From Massalongia carnosa (Eukaryota), in assembly GCA_965645245.1 (NCBI GenBank), contig OZ287076.1, positions 1,736,001 through 1,800,000 on the forward strand: a stretch of DNA of 64,000 nucleotides, written 5' to 3'. A program made the position numbers and the translations under genes. Shown here in pieces: positions 23,024 to 35,103 of this stretch (positions within the stretch are counted from its first letter, which is position 1; each line of letters opens with the position of its first letter). The notes under the pieces are model-generated. The model saw nothing but the letters and a program-made list of their open reading frames with translations, had not been told where the DNA came from and did no database searches.

Positions 23024-23581
23024 GAAAAGTTTAATTAGTGACAGAACTTAGCAGATCTCCTGAGGGAAATGATAGCTGATCAATTCTCGTCGAAAGTTTA
23101 CTCTACCCCAGGTTTGTGTGGATAAAACTCGGAGTGCTCAGCTCCGACGAGGCTGGCGGGGGCTATGTTCAATGCTGTCTCATCACATACCTTGTAGGGG
23201 AGAGATGAGGCGAAAACTCGCAAGAAAGCTAGGCTTCCATTGCAAAAAGAGAACCAAATGCCCACTTTCCCACCACCGCCAGCCTAAGCCACTTTTTCTT
23301 GATAGGCGCGTTTCTGCTTCTTGTCGCTCTTGGTTTATTCTTCGCTCTTCTTAAAAGTTAAAATAAACCACGCGACGATGAAAGATATAGAAAAGAACGA
23401 CATCGAAATGGGAAAGACAATAACTCGAAAATGCGTTCATACAAAAATGGCTTTGACAAAGAATGATTTTAAAATGGCATATTAGCCTAGCATATGCCAA
23501 GCCTGCAGCATAAAAGCTGTCAGCCTTGTGTTACTCTACCCATCAGCCTTATTGGACTCCAGGATTTGGTCATATATCTTG

Positions 23582-26500
23582 ATGGAAATATGTACAGAGA
23601 AACACCACTACTCATTAAGAATGGGCTCCAGCTTCTCCGGAAACCCATGGCAAACCACCGCCACTGACGAGACGTTTTTTCTTAACACTCTCCCCGCTAA
23701 GCTCTCTAAACGAGTTGGTCGGACCTATGAGCTAGATTTAATGACTTTTCATGCGTTCTTTAATTTAATCACAAGTTATGTGGTTGATTTTCCCGCGATT
23801 CCTCGCGAACCTGGGTTATCGAAGGCGTTGGGTAACGTTACCGGCAAGGGTGAGGTTGTTCGAGCCACTGGTTCCTCTATCAAGAAACGCACTTTGGTGG
23901 CATTCCGCGGGGCTTCGAAAACCACTGAGCACGATATTCGGCCGTTTATTACGGAACTGTTGGTGCTCCTCCATCCTTACCTTCGACAGGAGCCTCATAT
24001 TGTGAATCTTGTTGGTTTTGAATGGGAAGCCTCTGAACCTCTGAATCGCATAGACTATGCAACCGAAATCTGGCCAGTTCTGAAAATTGAGTTCGGTGAT
24101 CATGAGACAATAGATAATTTCCTCGAATCCAAAGTTCTGGAAGACACGTTGCACTTAAGGCGAAGTCTCTGCCAGCACATTGGCACAGGACTTAAAGCGC
24201 TTCATAAGTGCCATATAGTAGGTCTATTCAACAAAATAGCACGACTTACTCATTCCTTCTAACACGATTCTATCTTCGAACAGGTACATGGGGATCTGAA
24301 GCCTAAGAATATTGTTATATTTCGAGCTGATACCGAGCTAGGGTTCGTTGCAAAACTGTGTGACTTCGACCTTTCCCTCATCGTCAATTTACTAGATAAG
24401 AATCCAGTGAAGCTACCAGGCCACAGCGAACCTTGGACTGCACCAGAAGGGAAAACGTTAAAAGTGGCCTCGGATTTCTTTTTATCTGACGTCTATTCTT
24501 TTGGCTTGATTGTCTGGAGTTGTTTTACAGTTGATCAAGAGTATTTTGAGCCGAGAAGTATACAAGCTGGTGCAGGTATCATGATTTTGAAAGCACAAGA
24601 CAAGGTTTTAAATACAGCATATTCATCGATACGCTCCACCTTGCTATCTTTGAAACCCGGGAGGAATACTCGTGAAGAATTGGAAACTTTCTGCAACGAT
24701 TTATTGGAAGTTTTCAAGAATACATTGACTTTCGACCCTCAGCTTCGAAGTCTTAATAATGCAGTCGCTTATCTGTCCTCATATCAGCCCACACCGCTCA
24801 GGTAAAGCTCGGTTCATGGCCTTAGAAGATCGTGCTTACTGATAAAAGAGTCTCTGCAGCGAAAACTTCTCATCAGTTTCACCCGAGTGGCCACCAATAT
24901 ACTATTTCCCTCTACGAATGATGGCCCAAGACACTATACTTGTGAAAATCATTTGTTTCTATTAAAGCTTCGTCGCTGATACGAAGCCAGAAGAACCTTC
25001 ATGGTAACAATTACTACGAGATCCCAGGTTCTCGTGCCGTTGCTAAAGCTTCGGTCTCTACATGCGAACACGTATTTTCCCGGCCGGAGTACGAGTCATT
25101 TATGTTACGTTCAGATGCAGCGGCGTTTCTCTTCAGGTGTCATCTTGAGGGTTATGGAGTTCCGATGCTGAGCAATAGTCATGAAACGGCGCTTAGATGG
25201 CTCTCAAAAGCCTTGGATGTGGAAATTGAAAACAAAGAACAACCAGCCCCTTGGCTAATGGAAGTAGATTTGATTTATGAACGACTTGGATTCTCTATGC
25301 CATTGAAGACAGGTCTTAAAGAACTCATTCAACGAGCGATTATGATACATTTGTCGGAGCCATATTACTCCCAATGGGCCATCAAAAGGGTCTGCAACAA
25401 GCATCGAATAGATTTTGAGCAGATTTTTGAGCACTTCCGGGACCAAGGACTATTCGCTTTAGGGTTGTTTGATGAGGAAATCACGGCATTATTTAAGGGT
25501 AAGAAATCCTGTCAGCAAATATTGCAAACATTAGACCCCAAGGAACGGCTTTCGAGGAATGGGTATACTATGGTTCATCTTGCCGCATCATGTGGAAACT
25601 TGGACATTTTAAACCTACTATATCGAAGGTACCAAGCTGATCTCAATGTCATGGACGATATGGGTATCACTCCAATCTGGCTTGCAATTCACTACTCCCA
25701 TGCAAATGTCGTTGAATGGCTTATTCACCAAAATGTGCCTGCGAACTCGCTTTTCCTTAGGGGAGGATCATCCTTTGCAATATTGCCACGCTTTCGAGAC
25801 GACGAGCATACTAAAGTAGCTGCTGCGCTCTCCCTCGGTGGTTGCGACATAAATGACTCTATAGCAATTACAAACGCCTCATATACCCTACAAATATTGT
25901 CCTGGGCGGCAGTCTTTACGCACCCGAATATCGTGCAAATTAGTATGCTCCCTAGATCGTATCAGTCATTTTTCTTGACGCTTATTTGACAGCAGTTTTG
26001 GACCAAGAGCCATCCGATGTGTCATGCGCGTATGCAATGGGATGGGCAGCCTCGGTGTGTCAATTGGAAAATTTTCTTCTGATCGAAAGCCATCGTCGTA
26101 ATCATTTCCAGTACGCTCGAACTCGAACTGAAATGGCAAATTACCTTCGCTTGGCCGTGACACAACCTCCTTTTGCCAGGCTTTGCAACTCGTCTAAGCC
26201 CAGCTTTCGGCAGTGCGTCGAACTATTTTGCAGCGAAACTGGGAATATTTCCAAGGAACTATTACTAACTTGGGCTACCTATGCCATTCAGGGTGGCGAC
26301 TTCGAATCATTTGAAATTATCCTATCACATACAGGGATCGAACAACTTAAGGATAGAATGCCGCTTCCCGAAGACGCAAATAATGGGCTCAGGGGCTTGG
26401 TAGAGCACGCTCTGATGTTTGATAGAAGAGATATATTCGATTTGTTGATTTCTCGAGGATTTGGCGTCACTGTTAATAGTATTGATAAACTATATCCAAC

Positions 26501-27668
26501 GCTTTTCCACACGGCAGCTCATCGAGAACTCAACAATGGGCGGTACTTCTGCGGTGTTTTAGCAAGTCATGGCGAAGACATCAAAAAGCGATGTGGAGAG
26601 CGAAACGGCCATGTTTCCGCTCTCGAGATTGCACTTGTTTACGGCAATCTGGATGTCGCAGACTTCTTGATTCAATCTGGAGCGCCGTTGGACTTCGAAA
26701 CTGGTCCCGAAAATTCTATTTTGGGAGAAATGATCATGTCCATGACCGAGGAAGCTGTCCCCAACATTGAATTTGTGCTCAGCCATCCCCAAAGCTCTCC
26801 TAGGTTCGTCGTTCATGCTGCCTCGAAGACAACGCTCCTTCATCGGGCAGCAGGGCCGCTTTTTCCGGCCAACAAGTCATGGCAGAATGACGCCAGCATG
26901 ATCAGAGGCCCGCAAGCCATACTTGAGATCCTGTTGAAGCACTATGCCGATCCGGTATACCTCAATGTACGAGATTCCATCGGATGTACGCCGCTACATA
27001 CTGCCGCCTACCGAGGCTTTGATGCTGGCGTACGCCTCCTCCTGGAGGCAGGCGCCGACCCATATCTTCTAAACTGCCAAGGTATGAATCCAGTTCTTTA
27101 CACCATGCCGACGTTTTTCATGGACAGGCTTGAGAACACCGCGTTTTTCTATGAAGGGTTCGACAACAACATCCAGAGCTACGCCATCGTCTCGAGAACG
27201 GGCCGAAATCTCTGCCGCGAGTTGCTCACGGATTGCAGCGGCAACCCAATGCTTACCGAGGTGGGCTTCATGCAACGCTTCCTAGCCTTCTTCGGATTCA
27301 TCGATTTGACCAAAGGCGACGACGAAGACTACGAACCCTGGGAGCTAGAAAAAAGCCCGCACATTTCCAAGTATTTTGTATCGAGACGGAAGGTCTGGCA
27401 TGCTAGGAGATTGCAACAGGAGAAACGGGCCCGTCTTGAAGAACCAAAAGCAGGGAAAGATAGGGCGACAGCTATGAAAGAGCCATCGCCTTCGTTGATT
27501 AGAGTTCTGATGGCTGCGATTCAAATATGGATTTATAGCCACGTTTTCCCTGAGGTACGGCGACTCGATGGAGTTCCCGAGAGTCGCCTCATCGAGTATA
27601 AAACAGACAACGCCCCAGTGTTGGACGACCTTGACGGAGAGAACGAAATCGAGGCTGATCATTGCTAA
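23582..27668 (+). CDS. Protein kinase + Sel1-like repeat + ankyrin-repeat protein
   Basis: Kinase motifs ITELLVLLHP, HIVNLVG, HI|VHGDLKPKN (intron 24218-24283), KLCDFD, WTAPE, SDVYSFGL. Intron 24802-24859. Splicing at 24942-25114 is uncertain but a phase-compatible path exists. Sel1-like CHLEGYGV...ALRWLSKA. Ankyrin repeats TMVHLAASCG, TPIWLAI, SALEIALVYG, TPLHTAAYRG. Intron 25943-25992. Alternative start at 23621. Confidence 0.8.
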
Positions 27669-28079
27669 AGATTTAAGAAATCTAAAGGTGTGCTCTCTCG
27701 ATGGCTTTTTCTAGGGGTTTTACCCTCCCCCACTTTTTCATTTTTTCTTTCTTCCATTCTTTCTCCCTTTCACTCCCTCGGTTTTTTCGGCTGGCAGGTG
27801 CGAAACTCGCATAATCTTGCATGGTTATTCCACTAGCGATGGGATAAAAAGGATACATTTACTACAAACAAGAGCGGATGGGGGTCAAGGCTTAAAACAA
27901 ACATGCGCTCCGATAACGGGAGAACGAGCGTATAATCGTCAATGACAGCCTCTCTAGCCCAGATATATGTGTAAACATCGATTCACTGAAAAAAACCGAA
28001 AAAAAAACAATCATAGCGCCACGAACAACCTTCCCCTAACCCCTAACCCATCCCATACCCTAAGGGGTAGGGGGGTAGA

Positions 28080-30428
28080 TAGGCCTGGGAAAGTAGCGCT
28101 AGATATTTCAACCTAGCGATATATATTATTTAGCGCTGTTTATCGCTATTTATCAATCATTTTTATACACCACACCCTGTAGATGATCAAGATTTCTTTC
28201 TGTATAATATTAATAGTATTGATGCAGCTATTCTACGTTCCTTTATTATCTTTTGTCACCTTCTTGTCATCCCTTCATTGTTGTTGTCAATAAATAATGC
28301 GTGCTTATTATTTTTTACACCCGGACGCGGGCGGGCCGAGCCCAAAAAAAATCTCGTACTTGATTGTAGATGACCCCAAGGCAATACATACATAATTATA
28401 TCATCTACTATTAATTTGACAGAAAATTCTTAAATCAAAATTATGGAAAACATCAAAGGCCCCGTCCACGAGCAGTTCACCACCGAAGCCAATGAGCTAG
28501 GTGCCTTTAAAACCACCCGCGTACGATGCAAACACTGCGGCCATTCCCTCGTTGAGCAAGCAAATAGAATGACAAACCATCTCGAGAAATGTCTTTCGTA
28601 TAGGCAGTCTTTAGCAAGAAAAAACAAGACTACGGATATCAGCGCAAACGTTCATAAGTGTGGACCGAGCGAGCAATAGAGGTTGGACAAGCTGGCAGGC
28701 ATGGCAATCTTGGCTGGAGGACCTTCATTCAGTACTCTTGGTAAATGGATCAAGCCTGATATGTGGGAATTCATTCATGCATTGAACACAGCATATAAAG
28801 TTCCTAATCGTCATCGTGTTGCTGAGGAACTGCTTCCTCAATGTTATAATCAGGTATCGTCAGATGTCAAAGAGCTTCTAAGAGATGTTCAGTTCCTCAA
28901 TTTTGTCTGTGACAAGTTCGATGATAAAGCACGTCGTCGCATAGCAAATCTATCAGTAAACACTCCTCAGCAAGGTGCATTCTTCTTACGGAACTTTCAT
29001 ACAAAAGACAAAAATCAAACAGCGTCCTTCTTGACTTCTCTTATTATTCCGGAAATTATCGAGGCTTGCAATAATGATCTCAGTCGCTTCAATAGTTTAG
29101 CTACTGATACTTGTGCAGTCATGAGAGTCATGCATCACTTGATGGAACAAGACCCACGATTTTCTCATGTGTTCTTTGTACTTTGCGACTCTCATGAAAT
29201 TCAACTCTTGTTTAAACGGATTCTTGAATTACCACACTATGCAAAATTGATAAAAAATGCGCAAGTTATTGTTGCTGGATTTGCTCATAGCAGATTGCAA
29301 TTGAGTATTCTTCGAGAGTATCAGCAGTCTTTGTACAATGGAAAGATCATGGCTTTAATTATTTCGGTTATTTCACGATGAGGAACGCAATATGGCCTCT
29401 TTAAATCCTTGCTTTGATCTAAGGATGCACTGAGAGCTTATGCGGTGGACACTCGTGCTACTCTTATGTTCAGTAAAAAGGACATCTCCTATTGACTATT
29501 TGATAATTTGTTTTGGCAAGCTATCAGTGATCTGGAGGAAAATCTTGCGTCTCATTCATGAAGCCCAAAAATTCTGAGTCAGACGAATCACACTTGAGTC
29601 ATGTAGTCAAACGATGATTTGACATTAAAGAAGCACTCACACGCTTGAAGGATCGACTCGACAATCATTTCCCTAGCTTGGAGGAAGTATGCAGATCCGG
29701 TGATATATGAGACGATCTCTATCAACAAAAAACAACCGACATTCATTCTGTGACTTTTTTTCTTGATTCGTTCAATGTTGATGAGCCTCTTGCAGCGGAG
29801 ATCTAGGTCAAAGTATTTTCTTTTCTGCGAAAATATATATACTGTAATGATGAAGCTTGGGTGAAAATTATAGAACACTTCTTTCAATTTCGAGAGAAAC
29901 AGGGAAAATTCAATCGACAAAATCCTTGCGACATTTGGAGTCTTCCTTTGATGCAACGTCTCAAGCTGTTTTGATAGCATTGCAAGTCAATTTCATCTTT
30001 GCTAGGTCAATTTGTGCATCGTATCTTTTCGACATCTGTCAACTCGGTGCCAAGTGAACGTTCTTTTTACGTTATGAATTACATCATTGATAAGTTCAGG
30101 ACGAGTATGGAGATGGAAAGGAGCAATCAGGTCAGTTATATCTACATGAATAGTAGGGTACTTCGACGAGTCAAAAAGTCAGCTACTGAATGATGCTGAG
30201 GAGCAGGCTTTAGAGAATGATATTGTCGCAATGTTGGAAGCAAAAGAAGAGATGAGATTCGATGAAATAGGGATGGGCGAGATGACTGAATTAGTCTTGT
30301 AGGCAGTAGAATTCCTCGAAATAGGTATAATCTATTTGTAGGAATGATTTTTATTTTCAAACCTAGCGATATATATCCGCTACATATCGCGAGGCGATAG
30401 TAGCGCTACATTAGCCGTCCCAGGCCTA
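28080..30428 (+). mobile_element. hAT-superfamily DNA transposon (2349 bp), non-functional transposase
   Basis: 11-bp TIRs TAGGCCTGGGA (28080-28090) and TCCCAGGCCTA (30418-30428). 8-bp TSD GGGGTAGA at 28072-28079 and 30429-30436. Subterminal repeat ACCTAGCGATATATAT at 28111 and 30361. Confidence 0.93.
28443..30193 (+). pseudogene. hAT transposase pseudogene (BED zinc finger, DDE core, dimerisation domain)
   Basis: BED finger RCKHCGH...TNHLEKC, FVCD, LATDTC, CDSH (CxxH), ISR*GTQY (W to stop) and C-terminal PSERSF. Interrupted by several stops and frameshifts. Confidence 0.88.
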
Positions 30429-32798
30429 GGGGTAGACCACGACCCGATTACCAATTGATAGGTATCAAACCAGACGGTCAGCCAGAAAACGGAAAAACGG
30501 TCGTTGTCAAACAAAGGTGGCACGCCCTCACAAAAACGCGGATTTTACATATGCACGGAAAGAGCGCGCGTTGCGCGAATACAAAATAATGGGGGGCCTT
30601 CGGCGCTAAAAGGACCGAAACGAAAGTAAGACCTTTCGGGCCCTTTTAGATTGATTGGCTGACTGTTCATAGATACATACATACCATAAACATCAGAATT
30701 GTACAACTGGGATAGGTATCTCTAGATCCCTTCCCCCCTCCCTAGTTTTGCCCCGCTGGGTTAACTAATCTCCACAAGGCATGTCATGCGGCCCTCTGTA
30801 GGAATATATAGGTGACTATGGCTGCCTGGGGGGGGGGTTCATAGCCAGTTAGCCTTGTTTGTTTTGTTGGTGGCGATTGCCCCTTTTCTGTCATGGACAA
30901 CCGGTCAGAAATCTATTTTTTTTTTTAGATTCGTGAGAGCTTTGTAAAATAAGTTTCTTCGAGGACGCAAGACTGAATGTCTATTCTATCTGGCTGTCTG
31001 TAGGCATGGAAGGCCGCCCCCCCTCCCCCCCAGAGGCGCAGGTACTGAGGTTTCTCAAGTCCAAAGCTACCCGCGCTGGAGTTTCCCGATTCGAGGCCGG
31101 CGGCGGCAGGAAAGTCCCCAGAAGCTAAGGATTGAGTCTTTAACACAATCCGATCATATCCTGCTGTACGGAGTTTTTCCAAGTAGTGCGGTGGCTTGAC
31201 GCAAACGGACGGGGAATTCTGCATGAGCTCCATTCCGGCCAGCGAGGTGTTTTGCGGCTTGTAGAATACAATAGTTGCCTAGTTTAGAAGAAAGAGAGAA
31301 AAAAAACAATCGCTATCGGCCCCAGGCTTTCCGATTTCTAATCCCACAAAGCCCGTTCTTGTTCATGAACTCATCAGGAGTATCGCGACCCAGGCTTCTT
31401 TTCTCCCAATTCCAACATCACGATCCTTGTTGTTTGTTCGTGAATCCGTGAAGCATCGATTCTGTTTATCAGGGGTAGTTAGCGTCCAGGCCTGCGTACT
31501 CTTGTATGTACTCCACAGCAATAGCGAAGATGGATAACATCATTATAGAGTATTTCGGTGAGTATCTTCCTGAGAAAAGCAGGGATGACAACAACAACAG
31601 TTACAGAGCAACGAAAAGAACCTTCTAATCCTAGACTAACGATGAAATCATCCATCATTCTCTTTCAACAGAACCTGGTCTTGAAAATAATCAGGGACCA
31701 TTCACCTCGTCAAATCCTAGTAGAGTACGCATGCAATAAGTCCGCTCGAAACACGAAATGCATCAGGACCAAAACAGCAAAATAACATCTTCAGCTACCG
31801 TTTGAAGACCGATAACCCAATCCTATAGATGGGATCGATTTCACCTTTCAACTATGGACTTTTGTTTAGCCAACCCCCCTCATCAACAGAACTGTATAAT
31901 CTCTGCTGGTTATTCCGTAGTAGGTAGGTAAGCCGCTTCTTCGAACCGGCGTCGACAGCCAAGCGGGATACTTGCATATCTCATAAAGATGGAACACCGA
32001 CTACGGTGGATGTTCGGCCTGCTAGGTTAGAAACCTCTACGTAGCGCAGGCTATCAACACCTCCTCGGAAGTGGCCAATATCTGATCATCGCCGACGCAG
32101 AAGCCCACCTCGGTGGCCGTTTGAATGATCAACGTCTCTACTGATCATCCACCACTTCGAAGGCATACAAAGCCCATTCATTCGGAATGGCCACACTTCA
32201 CACTTCCATTTAAAACGACACCATGATCTGCCCTCGATCACTGCCCGTCTTTCCTCCATTGAATCAAACCGGTTAAAAAGAGAGAACGTTCGTCGAAAGT
32301 GTGGAGTTACGCTGTCTAGGTCATCAAGTCTGCAGGATTCCTAGCGCTTGAAGATCTGGGTGTATGCACCGCGAGGTAGAAGAACGTTTTCGAAACGTTC
32401 AATATGGATTTAGGGAGTGGTTTTACCCTGAGGGTCAGAGTTCCACTTCTCGACTGTTGTTTGTGTACATAAACAGCAGTCACAGCGTCATATCCTTAGG
32501 ATGCATACGCTTAATGAATTAATAAAAATACGGTGGATGTTCTATAGGCTACCGGTCCTCCTAAGCGAGTGGTGAGTAGCTAGAGATGGCTGAAGTGGCT
32601 GAGGTGGCTGCTTACAGAGTACTCTGTACACTGTACAATGGATGTTAACGGGCTTCGAAGTTTTAACGAAAACTGCATGTAAGAATTTACGCCATTTCTA
32701 TCCCCTTGCTTCCTGTGGAGTTTCCCCCAGCTTGCTCTTACCCATCCTTCCGCTCCCTTCAAGGCCCATGCCAAGATTAAGCTATTCCATTCCCTAGC

Positions 32799-34815
32799 TC
32801 AACCCCCCCCTTTTTTGGCCTCCAGCACGCCCCTCACGCCGCCCTTCGCTCCAACTTCCCTAGCAGTAACTTGCACCCCCAGATCCCCCCCCACGTTCAC
32901 GGTCACCTCGACCTTAGCGCCTTTCCCCACATGCCGCACAGCCGCTTCCGCCAGAACGCGGCCAACGCGCCACACTTTCTCCCGTACTTCCTCGGTCTCA
33001 TTGTCGCTGTCATCATCATCATCGTCTAGCTCGCCATCCTCTTCGTCAACTTCGCCGCCGGCACCGTTGGTCGCTTTCTTATGCTCAGCCCCGTGCTCCA
33101 TTTTCCGAACCCGCACTTCCCGTATCCCCTCGCAGACCTTAACAAGCACATCCCCACCCTCTTTACCCACGGCAAATACCCCTGCCCGCCGCGCCGGCAC
33201 CGCGGTCTCCGCTTCCAGCAACTGTACGAAAACACCCTTGTGCACGTCATCCGTGATGAGCAGGACGCCGACCGCATGGCTGAGATGCGGCGTCACCGTC
33301 ACCATTGGGTGCGTTGACTGTAGGATATCCTCGGGCTCGAACTCCTGAATCAAGGAGGCTTGAATGGCGGCGCCGCGGGCGGCGAGGGAGGAGGGAGGGA
33401 GGGCGGTGGCGGCTGTGGAAGGGGCGAGGATGCTGGTTGTGGGAGGGAAGAGGGATGTAAGGAGAGATGCGATCTTGGGAGTGTGTGACGTGCCGCCAGA
33501 GAGAATCACCTAGAGTGGATTAGATAACGCGATGCAGGCCAGGGTTTTAAAAAAAGCTGGATGTTAGAGGCCGGAGGAAGAAATACCTCGTTAATGTCTA
33601 AAATGTCCAGATCAGCTTTTCGAATTGCTTCCTCGATCAGGCGGCTGAATCCACCAAAAACCTTGCTGGCCAACAGCTCATACCTGCTCCTATTGATCGT
33701 GGAGCTGAAGTCGATCCCCTCCGCCAAGCTCTCGATGCTCAAGCTTGCGTTTCCCCCCAAACTTAAGGCTTTCTTTGTTGCTTCCGCTTCAAGCTTTAAC
33801 TTAGCCAGGCTCTTGGGATTTTGCCGCGGATCCGTCTTGTATTTCTTGATGAACTCTTTGGCGAAATGATCGATGAGCACCTGGTCGAGTTGCACCCCTC
33901 CAGCTTCGTAATCGTGCGATGTGGACAGCACGCTGTACATACCGCCCCTAGAGGCGATAACTGTAATGTCTGACCTCGTCCCTCCCAAATCGACTACCAC
34001 AATAATTTTGTCCTGCAAAACCGACTCCGGGCGCGCATCGTATGCCAATACCGCCGCAACAGGCTCAGAAATATACTGCAGCACCTCAACCCCTGCATTT
34101 TTGGCAGCAATGCTGAGCGCCTCCTTTTGCTCCTTGGCAAAGTTAGTCGGTACAGTGATGACGGCGGCGTTGACATTTTTGCCCAGGAAATCAGATGCGG
34201 AAGAAGCTAATCGACGGATATGGCGAGCAGTGATCTCGGAGACGGTAACAGAATTTGGAGTTTCGGATTTGGTATCATGTATGGAAAACGCAATAGTTGC
34301 ATCGTTTTTCTGAGGATGCGCGGAAGCATGGCACGGGGTGGGATCTATTGAGTCGAAACTATGCAGTCCATCAGTCTGAATTTCTGCCGCTGAAACTTCG
34401 TATCGGTGCCTACTCCTTGCCCAGGAAATCCCGAAAATATGCCACGGTGTTCTGCGGATTTCGCACTAGCTGAGATTTTGCTTGCGCTCCATGATATTCT
34501 TCACCTTCTGTGTAAGATAATATAGAAGGTATCTGGCGGTCTAGCAAGAAGGTAGTCAGTGGTCGACAGTAGGTTCAATGGGCGATATCAAATCACTCAC
34601 CCCCTTCTTCATTTGCTATGACTTCCGCTTTTCCTTCCTAGGCATCCAAAGTAAGATCAGTTTAAAACCTTCTGTGCGATTCCGGTAGATTTTTCAAGCA
34701 ATTCAAATATACATACCCCGGAAGTATACGCGATAGAGCTATTTGAGTTGCCAAAAGAAATCCCTATAGCGAAATGGTCCGTAGCAGCTACCCCATCCAT
34801 GTCCTCCGAAGTCAT
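32799..34815 (-). CDS. SSZ1: Ribosome-associated complex Hsp70 subunit Ssz1
   Basis: Five exons (introns 34638-34716, 34541-34600, 34359-34413, 33510-33586). Motifs GISFGNSNSSIAY, VIANEEGDRQIP, VDLGGTRSD, SGGTSHTPKIA, AARGAAIQASLI. Truncated Hsp70 C-terminus typical of Ssz1. Confidence 0.92.
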
Positions 34816-35103
34816 GGCTGCGCAGTATTTGCCGCCTTAAAGCGTCTATCACCGCAATCCGGAAGAGCTGGGTGATATCATTCTAGGAAAATGTGTAGGG
34901 ATTTGGCAACGTTAGTTTTTTTGGGTTTGACTTTCCAAAACAATTTTTGCTCGGACCGCTGATGGGCGGCTTAAGCTCTGCATTAGGGCTACACACCTAT
35001 CATTTAATATGACCTATTTTATACCAGATGTAGTTAGTAACCTAACGGCAGGTTCAAGAGGAAACATCCCACACTGCTAAATATCAAAGAACTACTAATA
35101 TAC

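Noticed and set aside
32815..33348. Long antisense ORFs over SSZ1 (and similar ones over the NLR, Spok, SEC21 and KEL1)
   Set aside because: Shadow frames of GC-rich coding sequence.
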